Assembly: GCA_973851085.1 (NCBI GenBank)
Contig: OZ316776.1
Coordinates: forward strand, 9,610,001-9,674,000
Source of the DNA: Ptychomitrium polyphyllum
Lineage: Eukaryota
DNA: 64,000 bases
Direction of reading: 5' to 3'
Shown here: one piece after another, positions 44,414-56,300 of the stretch
Numbering within the stretch: the stretch's first letter is position 1
Layout: the number at the start of each line of letters is the position of its first letter
Position numbers and translations under genes: made by a program
Notes under the pieces: model-generated
The model's database searches: none
What the model saw: the letters and a program-made list of their open reading frames with translations, nothing else
Told to the model about the DNA's origin: nothing

Positions 44414-47400
44414 TCAAGTGGGGAGAGTTCTTAACAAATAAAGAGCAAGTTTCCAGTCCGGAAACCCTCGTTTGACCAACCTTTGCAATGCTGGTACAAC
44501 TCCTGCAGCCAGCATTGCCACATGGTTCTCTTCATCCATGCCTAAATTATACAGCACGGCCAAAGCAGCGGACCTGGCCTTAGGAGTGCTATTCTCAAGT
44601 AAGTTTACAAGTGGAAAAATGCCTCCTGAAGACGAAATGGCAGCTAAGTATGCCCCCACTCCATGTGTCAACAAATCTTGTAGCTCTAATACAGCACTCT
44701 CTTGCAAATCCAAGGCAGTTCGCGTATCCTCAGGGGAGATGCTTTCAGAGGGAGCTCCAATTTCTTCCACCAACCGAGGAATTCGGTCGTGTATTGTAAT
44801 TTCCAGGGCAATGGGAAGCCTCCCTATATCTGTAACTCGCTGTTGTAATCGCCACAGACATGGGCTGACCCAGTTCTTCACGTCTCCAGGAGTAGTTGGA
44901 GATTGGAGAATGCTCAACAGAACAGACGAAACTTGATCAATATCTCTAGCGTCCACCACCATATCATGTTTTACTAGTCCCTCTAGAAGTTTTGAGACAG
45001 CAACAACAATCAACGCCCATGTGTCGGTATTTGACAAATCACCTGAAGAAGAGTTGGTATTGTCTTCATTACGGGCTCATTTGACATGTATAAAAACCTT
45101 TAAACAAAAGCTTTCTAACATGTACCAAAACCTTTAAACAAAAGCTTGAAGTTATGACAAGTGCAATTGAGACACAGATTAAGTGGCTACATTTTTGAAA
45201 ATAGAATTGAATGATCAAACGAAAATCCACACCTTCTTGCACCTTCTCGTTAAGTCGAGAAAGAACTGCAGACTCCACTCCAGCTTTTACCATAGCCTCA
45301 GCATTTTCCCGCTCTGCAGCCAAGTTCTCAAGAACGTTTGCAGCTTTCTCTGCCTGGAGTGGTGATCCTGTAGCAAGCATCTCAATCAACGGAGGAAGCC
45401 CCCCTGCAGCTATTATCTTTTCCCTAGAACAAAGTATTGTAAAGCATTACAACTTGTTAGAAGAAGCATTACGAACAGCATTCCAGATTAAACAGTAGAG
45501 AATCCAGAAGTTTTCTAAGGTTAACCGGAAATTCTAGTTATATTCTATATTACTACCACAACTGAAAAAGGCTGATCAAATGTTTGCTGAGTAATCATAA
45601 GAACTGACTAGCAACCTTGAGTCAGGTCTGCGAGAGGATAATTCCTCCAATATCCCTTCTGCTTCTTCTTTTGCTTCTGCACTAAATCCCTCCGAACTCA
45701 CAATGTCCATCAGCCCTGGAATCGCCCCATCTTGAGTCTGCATAGAAGCAGTAGAGAAGTCTGTCAATAATATTATGGTAAATTTGAACTCGGTTGAATG
45801 AAGGTCAGTACAATTAGTCATGAACTATTTTCATGCTTAGCAGAATGATAAGGCAACAAGGAGTGGTGTTGGTCAAGAACTAACCAGAGCATCATTCCCC
45901 TCTCCTTCCTGTGCGAATCTAAGCAAAGTGCTCACCACCTGTTCCAGAAGGAAAATCAAAGCAGCTTATTCTTTCGATACTAAAGAGCCAGTCGTGAAAA
46001 TTTTCTTGTGCATGCTAACCCTTATTATGCTGAAGGGTGTGCAAGTCCCTATCGGTCAACAGAAAAACACACGGTTGTTTAACATGTAGCTACTCAGCTG
46101 GATCTATGATCAAATTCACATTAAAAATCAGTGCAAAATGAAGTACCCTTTCTTTGGTCGATTGTGGTGCATCAGAAGCCCGAAGAATCTCAATCAAGGC
46201 CGGCACAGCCCCATGAGCCTCAATTGCTCGCCTCACTTTCTGACTGGACTCCATCCCAAATCCATCATAATATTTTATAAGTCAACAAACGGTATCTGAT
46301 AGATCCAGGAAGAAGCAAACGTCCATATCAATCTAAGCTCCCAACTATTTCTACCAATGACCATAATATGGAGAGCCGACCGACTGATTGGGCACCTCTA
46401 TTCCACAGTCAAGACGCACAGAAGGCACTTGTGAAAGTACTTAATTGTTATAAAAATTCAGTAATTCCACACGCCAGTGCCTCACCTCTTCCCCAGCATA
46501 TCAAGTGTTAGTGCAACTGCCTCAGTTACTGCTTCATCTCCCGACCCCAACCATTTTACCAAATGAGGAACAGCACCCGCTTTATTAATGGCTTGTCTAT
46601 AATCTTCAGTAATTGATATTTCAGCGAGAGACTCAGCTGCTTTCTTAGCCACAGTCGGGTTTTGTAAACCCAGTATGAGTACCAGCCTCGCGATACCATC
46701 CCACCAGGGCATCAATGTAACTTTGTCTTCGCTACATGGCGTATGCTCTGCTAGCTTTCCACCATTCTTCTTTTCAATAACTCCTATACGAGCAAGAAAC
46801 TGTTGCCTCACCTTGCCTTCATTGAGCAACACCGTTGTTTTATCAATATCATCTGCATTTCCAATCTTGAGACCCCGCAACAGCTTATCAGCTCCAAACA
46901 CAGTTGTCAAGCTTGGGTTTTGAGTAAACTGGACGTCTTCAGGAATAGCAAAAGTATCTTCCATGACAGGCTTAAAGGTACGGAAAACACTGGGACCTAT
47001 GAGCGGCACTGGCACTAGCCCCGCTTCTATAATCGCCGACTTCTGGATGGGATCTTTCGCGAGTCGTAGAAGGCAGTTTCGAGCCTCTTGTCTAATCACT
47101 TTCGAGCCGGTAGTCTCCTCCAACAGTATCTTGGCCTGCCACCGGAAGGGAAAACCCAAAATTGTAGCCAGTCAACCATATATTCATTTGACCAGCACTT
47201 CTTGAGTAATATACTGACTACAAGACAATTTTTTAATGATCAGGAAATAAGTTTGCCCAACAACGTGTCTTAACTTGATAAATTCTGCAGCTCCGTTCTA
47301 ATGATCTACACCAAAGTCCAGCTATTAATAATTATGACCAAAAAGTACATTGCACTGCTCCTAATATCACCATCAGATTTATACCACTCTATTAAAAACA

Positions 47401-49588
47401 ACTTAATGCACAGGGACAACTGAGCATGAGTACACCGCCGTGTTTCAGAGGCACCCACCAGTCTTGGGATTACACCAGCTTGGGTGAGAACTGGATGATT
47501 GCAAGGGCTGTAAGATAGGTTTGCTAGTACACCTACAGCTGCTTCTTTCACTGATTCTTCTTCTAAGTCCCCAGTTCGCAAGCCCACGCCCGCTTCCTTC
47601 TCCGCTTCCTTCTCTTCCTCCGAGTCCACTATAGCTAACAGTACCGGCAGAAGCTCAAGGTCAGCAATTTTCATCCTCTCCTTTTCATTGAGCGAAACAT
47701 TCCACAATACACACAACACTTGCTTTTTCACCTGTATCATTGAACAATTGCAATATTCTATGAGAAGCTTATACGTTGAAATGTTTCCGAATCCAGTATT
47801 CTTCCAGCCTCACATTTAACAGACATCCTTAGAGAGAATTTCTGAATCTAACAGTAGAGATTCATACTAGGTGCTACACTCCAACCAAGTTAAACGGAGT
47901 CAAGGGAAGGTTCCGGAATTATGATTCCCATACCTCTGGTGATATGGAATGGCGACCAAGCAAGCCTGCTATCTCCTCTATCGCCCCAGCCTTGGCAACT
48001 GGAGTCCTGTTAGCCAAACACTAATCTCATATTTAGATAGAAAGTTTGAATGGATAAGAGAGGATGACCTCGGCGTATACATAGATATGCATAGAAGACC
48101 AAGTGGTCACAAAACCCTAAATTCTGAAATGCTCCTTTTGGGGATGCTCACATACCTGTAATCCTCTATTGCGGAGATGTTACGGAGTAAGCCAGCTGCT
48201 GCTTCCGCTGTTTCTTGTCTTTCGGAAGGTAAAAGTGCTACCACAAGGTTCAAACAACCCGGGAACATGACAATCTCTTTCACCATTTCAGTTCCAGCTG
48301 CAGAATGACGCCAAAGAGCCAACACAGCACTTTCCCTGTCCTCTGGTGAATTGTCCAGGCCCAGCATACGAACGAAGAGACCCACATATCCTCCTTCAAC
48401 TTCAAGTCCGGATTGGTACCCCGAGGTCTTATCATGGCTAACTTGCTCATAATCCCCAAAATTGTCAGCTGAATCATTCGCAACATTTATATTTATGCCC
48501 TGCATGAGCATGCTCTCGGTTAACTCGATGTGATATTTCTACGCAACTAGGTCACGGTAATATTCATTACTGCTTTTACAAAACTCACTCACAGATTTAA
48601 GTGCATTGAAGAGCTAGAGAATTGAGCGAATCTACAACTCGGTGCTGATGTGTGCATACTTCACTCAATCTATTCATTCACCGCTCAATTCCTGCAAACT
48701 GACACATAAAAAGGCAATGTTACCATTCGCTGTACAGTTTCTTCCGTAGCAATTGGCAATGAGTCCCACGGAGGATCCTCTAGTTCGCCACCATCGCTGT
48801 CTTCCTGCCTAGCTCGTAATACTACCTTCAGTCCTCTAGCTCCATTTAAATTACGACGATGCGTTCCAGATTCCATGCACATTCGTAAAGTCCTAGGAAA
48901 CTCAAGCGCTCTCCTTCTGAAAACTGAAATCCTGAATTGTGGCGCACATACTAGAAGTGCAACCTCAGCCTGTTCGGTCGCTGTTGCAACCTACATTCCA
49001 AGAGCATGCACTGTCACCACATCAATGAACAACAAAAGAAAGTACCACACACATAAGAGGAACAACAACCAAACACATTCGAGTTCATCACCTAAGCAAA
49101 GGTACTGGAAGGATAACGCTCATACCACCTCGTACACACATTGCAAATTACAAAAGCACTGCCACAGAACTCTAAAGTTTTGGCTAAAAACCACAAATAT
49201 CTCCTTTAAACGCTCAGTTGCAGCCAATCATTCGTTCACACAAAAATCTTCAAATTCAACCCCTAAACCCTTACTCTTCAAAACTCATTCTGCATACCTG
49301 GAACCCAACACCTGATCGACAATGCTTAATTCTGCTGCAGACTCCGTGCCATGCATTCGCACTCTTGAAATCATACAAGCAACATGTCAAAATAATAAAA
49401 AGAACCCAGAGCAAGTCCACAGAATGAACCGACCCATATACTTTTTCATGAAAGTTAAGAAACTAAAAAAGGGGTCCCAGCAACAGCCAACCCAGAAGAC
49501 GATGACACCAAAAGCTGCGGATTCGACCACCCACCTGAGAGTGCGGGCGCGTGAGCCCACGAGGACAGTGGCTGAAAGTGAGCGCCAT
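44414..49588 (-). CDS. ARM (armadillo) repeat protein, probably plastid-targeted; from memory resembles the Arabidopsis At1g23180 family
   Basis: Exon 1 49588-49535 MALTFSHCPRGLTRPHSQ; exon 2 from 48990 VATATEQ...RRRALEFPRTLRMC; GYVGLFVRMLGLDNSPEDRESAVLALWRHS; AEAAAGLLRNIS; KEAAVGVLANLS; AGVIPRL; AGAVPHLVKWL; GGIFPLVNLL...AALAVLYNL; ends LALYLLRTLPT* at 44414. Confidence 0.88.
45084..45147. repeat. Imperfect 34-bp tandem duplication in an ARM gene intron
   Basis: acatgtataaaaacctttaaacaaaagctttcta / acatgtaccaaaacctttaaacaaaagctt. Confidence 0.85.
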
Positions 49589-50058
49589 GAAGCTCCAGCC
49601 TCGTCGGCCCCAACCACAGCTCCTCCTGCTTCAACCACAAAAGCCGAACCCCAAGTTCAACGCTGCACTGCTCGCCTCCAGGAGCGGAAGCCCCATCCGC
49701 CTGCAACCGAATCCGCGGAGCTGCTACTCCCATCCGGGCCTTGACAGTGCAAGCGGAAGCTGAACAGCCATGACGCTCAGAGCCTAGAATGTGGAGATAG
49801 CGGAGAGTAGGCTCCTCTGCTGGGCGCGTACAGATCCTTGCACGAGACTATACAATCCTTGCAAGAGAGAGTATGCAATCCTTGCAAGCGAGAGTATGCA
49901 ATCCTTGCAAGCGAGGGTGCAATCTCTGCGTAGAAAGTGTGATATCCGGTGGTGTTGCACTGCGTCTCTCAGGCCTCGCCGCCCTGCATCCGCTTCTCTC
50001 ATCTCACTCTCCGCTTCGTTTTTCACCCCTCTTCTTTCCCCACGTCTTCCTTTTCTTT
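49126..50058 (-). repeat. Copy B of the duplicated 5' gene module, now heading the ARM gene; homologous to 25112-26182
   Basis: Colinear anchors with copy A, including ATGGCGCT..ACTTTCAG..CTCGTGGGCTCACG. Confidence 0.9.
49833..49924. repeat. Minisatellite, ~23-bp unit (aatccttgcaagcgagagtatgc), about 4 copies
   Basis: Read directly; upstream of the ARM start codon, inside module copy B. Confidence 0.9.
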
Positions 50059-53000
50059 CCCAGCTCTGCCTTCTCCTTCCGCCAATCAGCCTTTTCTTTC
50101 CCAAACCCCCGTTTCCTATCCGCTATTCTGCCGTTTCTTTCCTGTCTCGCCTTTTCGTACCGCTACTGCTTTACTTTCTCGTCACTCCGTTTTTGTTCCG
50201 ATCTCCTTCTTTCCTCTCCGCTCATCTTTCTCTTTCTTATTACACCCTTTTCTTTTCACCCCCTCACGCCTCCTTTTCTGGTTCTCCTTTTCGTACTATC
50301 ATTTTTCCAGGCGCTGTTCTCCTCTCGTCCTATCTTTTACATTGCTTTGTGACCCTTTTTTTCCAAGTGATAGATGGAGATACCTTGGGTGAAGCTGGGT
50401 TGGTTTCCTTCCTTTCCAAATTTTTTATGGTGGGCCCTTTCCCCAAGTCAGTTTTGGGAAACATTCTTAAATAGTTCCTGAAGGTTCTTGCAAGTTTTCA
50501 TGTAGTTCCTTTATACAAGGGTAAAGCGTTTGTTGTCTGAGAATTTTTTTATGACCAAAAATGAGGCTGCCATACTATCAAATGTCATACTATTGAGGTC
50601 AAACTGTACAATAGTTCTAACCATTATTCCTTTGTAATTGGATCGTAGTCTGCAAATGATTTACATATATGTGGTTGTACAATAACTTCATCTTAAAGCA
50701 ACTAAATCTTCAAAGTTTATCAGTTGCTTTTATGCTTGAAGTTTGAAGTTGCTACTTCGAGTCCATTTATTTCACCTTAGTCAAACTGGTCTAAATTTTC
50801 ATTGGCCAAGTATTAAAAATTTCCAAGTAGTGCATATTAAAATTTAAAATGTTTTTCTACGGTGCAATTTGAAGTTTGCTTTTGCTTTGGCATTTTAATT
50901 TAAATGCTAGTATACAATGGAGCAATGGTAGCTTTGTGACATTTTATTAACTTTTGCAATACATTGTTTGTTTTTGGTGTTGTAAGATAAATTCATTTTA
51001 TGCTTTACATGGATATTCAAGGAAGTGCACTTGCTATTGAATAGAGCAATTTGTATATCTTACCTCTCTTGGTTAACTTTAACTTTTACAAAATAAGATG
51101 CATTAGTTAGGATATAAAAGATTTGAAATTTTGATTTGAGTTAATATCATTTATTATTTGCATGCTTTAAGATTACTTATAAAGATTTGATTGGATAACT
51201 TTGAGCCATTAAAATAAGCAACTTGTATAAATTTCATCTTATTATGAATTTCATATTATTTAAAGGTCATCATATTCAAAACTTCATCTTGTTAAAACAT
51301 ATGATCTATTATTATGAACAATTGTAAGTGTGATGCTATTCTATGTAATTTTGATCACTTTTTGTCATGTCAATGAAGACATGGCATGTATACATTTCCT
51401 ACATAAATTTGAAGGAAATCATGAATATAAATTAATCTTTGAAGGAGTAAGAAATTTCTTACAATCATACATATTTTAATATATTTGATGTCTTTGAAAT
51501 GGTTTTATACATTAAAATAGGTTTGAAGTCAAAACTAAAGTCATAATTTATTTTAATGAATAATTGAATTCCTAATTTGGAGCTAATTTTTTGAAATTAA
51601 ATGGTAAAATTTGCTAATTTGCCTTTTGTTTTAAAAATTAAAAAGATTCCAAGTGATTCCTTTAAAGGAAGTAGTGTAAATCTAGCATTTGTTTCATGAT
51701 AACATTTACGGAGTGCTTAAATTTAAAGAACTTGGTGATGGTTAAAGGAGACCATTGAATTCTAGCTAGTTGCATATTCAATTCTTTTATCTTTTAATTC
51801 GATACTTAAAAAGCCATTTCCAACCCACATATTAATATGTGACTTTATTTTGTTTTAGGACTTTTTTCACAAGGAATTAGTAGTTGAAATAACCACCATT
51901 GAGAGTAGATTAAAAAGCACATGAAATAAGTTTCAAAAAATAGATTTATTTGGACATTGGATGACAAAACCATATTATTTGAAAACATACTAATGTATGA
52001 AGATTGAGAAGTTTCACCAAAACTTTTAGAGTTGATTGGAGCTGCCTAGGCAAATGTGAATGACTTAATGATGATAACTTTTTGTGACTAGTGTTATCAA
52101 AAGTGTGGTTGCAAGGAAATTAAAAACTAAAAATAAAATAAAATCACTGTTTTTTGTGTGAAGTTTCATGGCCTATCCAAATCATCATCAATTCTCTGAC
52201 AAATGGCACTTTCAGTGAGGTTATGACCAGTGCCTAAAAGTGGATCTATTGATAGATGAGTGACAACCATTGCAAACATTGTGAGTAGAAGACTGTCTAA
52301 CTGGTACAACTCTTGCAACGACACTATAAGCCTGATGATTTGGACTGATGACCGACAAACTTCAACTATTGCAGGATCGAGCATCACCATCAGTTCACGC
52401 CCTTTGTGTGGAAGAGTTAAAACTATGCCCCATCATTGTGAATTGGCTGAAGATAAACTGGCAATATTTGCATCCCCTGTATCCATTTGCTAGCAGTGTC
52501 CTGCATAGAGACTGACAATGATGTGCATCTGAACTTTATGTTCATGTCTTCACACTTTTTGAGTTTCATAGTCCCTCTGAAGATGCATAGTAGGCATAAT
52601 TAAGACACCTAGTGTAATGCTAAAATGGGGATGGCACCTAATATGGTGATCATATCATTTGCACACTACGCTTGCACACTACTCTTGGGGTTTTTGAAAG
52701 TCCTGAGGATAAAACAAAGCAGTTGACTTGCTTTGTCTGTGACAATACCTTCACACTTCCCTGTAAGTCGCTTGGCACCTCAAGAGAATGATAATGGCGT
52801 TAAGAATTCACACGCTGGTCAGCATTTGCTCACTTTCAAGCTGAGTGAACATGGACCGTTGCAAGTATGTCTTTCCAACACAGGAATTCAAGTCCAACTT
52901 TAAGGTTGTCATAGGTGACCGAGCAGCTTCTTCTTCTAGGATATCCATCCAAGTTCAAAGTGAATCTGCTGAGGTTGGAACGGAAACGGAACGGGTTTGC

Positions 53001-53774
53001 AAAGTTGTAGTTTTATCCACTTTACAACAACCCTGAGTGTCACGTGGTATCACAGGGTGCCCTGAGGGTTTCCCAGTGTACCGTTGGTAATACAATGTGA
53101 GAGGGAATGTGTATTGGATTTTCATTTTTCAAGTTTTCTCATTATGAGACTTCTCCTTGTGCAGCGTGTAATGCACCTTTTCGTCGAGAGGAAACAGAGT
53201 CTTTTCCCCACCAGGAACACAGCCAGGGCGCCTTTGTGCGTCATGCGCGTCTTATGCGCGTATCACTAGGTAGGAAAGGGTAAAAGGGCAAACTTCCCAA
53301 AACTCGTATGTGTGGTGTTTCCCGTAAAAAATTAAACTCGTGTGCACTGAGAAAGAAAGCATGAATGACTTTCTGCATCACTTATATGGTGCGCCAATTT
53401 TGACGAGAAATGAGATAGAGACAGCTCTTCTACCTGCAGATACAGAGTGTCGCAAATAAGAGGCTTTTTCTGCCTAGTGTTCCACTCATATTGACTGCGC
53501 CACTGAAGATTTAAAAATTTTCAACTCAGTCTTGTTTGAATTTATCACTCGAGTAGTTAGTGAGGTCGTCTTACAGTTACATATTACCATACTCAGTCTG
53601 CAGTCAGCAGGCCACGGTCATCCAACAACCTTGTAAGAGGGTGATGCCTAATAAAACCCATGTTCTCCGATGTGGTTCTCACACTCATTCTACGAACACG
53701 TAGCGACATCGTTCAGTCAAGTGCCAACGTTACAATATTGTATCCATCTCCAGCTACTTAGCAACCTCGGATCA

Positions 53775-56300
53775 ATGGCGAAGATGATGCGGGCTGCACA
53801 ATACTCCACTTACCATGGCGGTCCATCAGCGCTTGAGGTGTGGAGACCACAATACTTGCTTTAGACAATATGGATACGTTTAGTCTTCAATGTACATGCC
53901 ATGTTCTAGTAGCAAAGATTTCGGGACGTTGTGTAATTTGGACTGTTATGTTCTGGGGAATGGAGCATCAGCTTCAGATTGATTTTTTCATGAAAGGTTC
54001 TCTATGCATTCTTGAGCTTCAGCAGGGTGACACTAATAATAACAACTGATCCCACTAGCCTTAATTCTGCAAGGGAGCTTGGGATTATATATACAGGTAA
54101 AAGTGGAAGTTTGATATGCAACGGTGCACTCGCTGGTAGTTTTTGTGGTTGAGGAGAGTGCTGAGGAGCCTGATAAAAGAAGAGTGTATAATTAATTGCT
54201 TGTTTTATCAGGCAGTCTCCAGCTAGTTGCAGTGCTTTGGATTTGAGATGAGTGTGTTGATGCTCTGAATGCAGTATGTTGAAGTGCCCGTGCCAACTCC
54301 CAAAAGAGGTGACATGTTGGTGAAGGTGGAAGCCGCCAGTGTCAACATCGTCGATTGGAGAATTCAGGATGGCTTGCTCAAGCATATCCTCCCTCGCAAA
54401 TTCCCTCACATTCCCGGTAAGGTTTGACAGGATCTTCATAGCACCTGCCGAGTGTGCCATAGAAAACGCCGTACTAATTTCACTTGAAAACTCCAAGATC
54501 TTGCATCAAAGGAAGAAACTAGAAGAAAAAGCCTAAGAATAACTATCTCGTCATCAAAGAAAGGGAGACCATCTGTTGGTTTGCTCTGTTTTTGGATTTC
54601 CTGGAGACTTCAAGACATGGCTCTGGTGGAATGCAGGCACTGATATAAGTGGCGAAGTGGTGAGCATTGGACCAGGCGTCGTGGGCTTCGCACCTGGTGA
54701 CAAGATTCTCAGTTGGATAGATTTATTGGTATCAAAAATTTAACTCTCCAAAGAATCACTTTGACTTCCGAATTTTGCAAACTCAATGAGCCAGTCCAGC
54801 CCATGTGTGGAAAGTAGTGTTAATATCATTCTACACGAGCACAAAGTTCATCGAGCTTCTGCATTCATGTAAGCATTCAAGTTCTGCTTTGAAGAACCCA
54901 CAAGAATCGATAAGTGCATGCACTAGTAAAAAATTGCACTTTGAAGTCCAAACACTAACATCCCCATTTCAGTCAATATCCTCAACATTGAAATGAAAGC
55001 CGCGACGTATGACCTTGAATTATTAAATTTGCTCAGTATTCCAGATTGGTAAGTGGAGTGGGGTAGCATCATAACACCCATGTTAGTGGCTAAATATATA
55101 TATATTTGTGGTTATTAAATTAGAACCACTGGGACACTGGGACATCGTGCAGAGAGGTGGCGGATTTGCAGATTATGCTCTGGCTCCCGTGACATCCACC
55201 GTGAAGAGACCTCCAACCATTACAGCAGTGGAGGCTGCATCACTGCCAGTTGCTGCCATGACTGCTCTCCAAAGTGCTATCAACCTGGTTGGCCTCAGGC
55301 TGGACGGATCAGGGCCCAAATTAAATATTCTCATTACTGCAGCCTCTGGAGGTGTTGGCCTCTTCTGGACCCAGGTGGTAGTTCATTTTACTGTTTAGCA
55401 AACCATTCCAGTGCTAAAATTTTAACGTTCATTAAATTACAATCCAGGTTAATTAGCTGAGCCAGTTAATTAAATCTGAAGTACTGAAATATCAGTATGC
55501 ATCTCAACTTCGATTGAACTGCTCAAAAGTTTGATGCGCATCGGATGTGAACTTTTAATTCCTGATGGATCCCCGTGAGAATTCCTGATCATCCCACATG
55601 TTCTGAATGCGCAAGATAGTCATTGTCTATACGATTATAACAAGATTTTGCTTTAAAAATCAGCGTGTCAATGCTGGCTGTGTGGGATGACAAGTGGTTT
55701 ACTCGACAACGACACATCTGCTCTTGAAAAGGTCAATATAGTGTGAGAAGAATGAGCATTTACTCTTCAATTAAAATTCAGGTGACATTCGGTTGAAAGA
55801 ATCCATTAACTGTGCAAAATTGTGTGCAGATAGCAAAGATGGCTGGTTGTTTCGTCACAGCCACATGTGGGGCCCGCAACATGCAGCTCATCCGAAGCTT
55901 AGGAGCAGACGAAGTGCTGGATTACAAGACCCCAGATGGGGCCAAATACCAGAGCCCTTCTGGAAAGAAATACGACGTAGTGGTGCAATTGGCTTCGTAC
56001 CAACCCCTGGAAGCCTTCAAGGCCCAGCTCGCCAAACGGGGCGCAGTCATTGACATGACCCCAACTTTGAAGACTGTTCTTCGCAACTGGTACAACAAGA
56101 TCATCCTTTCGAAACAGAGCTTTCTGCCGTTCGTCCTTGATGCAAAAAACACCACCTTCTTGCAGATGGTTACAGACTTGGTGGAAGAAGGCAAACTGAA
56201 AGTCATTGTGGACTCCACGTTCCCTCTGACCAAGGCCAAAGACGCTTGGGCCCGGAGCGTCGAAGGCCACACCACTGGAAAAATAGTCCTAGTAATGTGA
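53775..56300 (+). CDS. ceQORH: NADPH quinone oxidoreductase (MDR family), chloroplast-envelope ceQORH-like; five exons
   Basis: MAKMMRAAQYSTYHGGPSALE / YVEVPVPTPKRGDMLVKVEAASVNIVDWRIQDG..LPRKFPHIP / GTDISGEVV / GGGFADYA..EAASLPVAAMTALQ..NILITAASGGVG / VTATCGARN..SLGADEVLDYKTPDG..SPSGKKYD..GHTTGKIVLVM*. Confidence 0.9.

Noticed and set aside
49833..49924. CRISPR-like array
   Set aside because: Units are contiguous with no unique spacers, there are no cas genes, and the context is eukaryotic.
49791..50474. 227-aa and overlapping Phe/Leu/Ser-rich ORFs on the + strand
   Set aside because: Artefact of a pyrimidine-rich low-complexity tract and the minisatellite upstream of the ARM gene.
52160..53040. 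Minus-strand GYRGCKYC fragment suggestive of a CACTA-like transposase
   Set aside because: A single short motif is insufficient.
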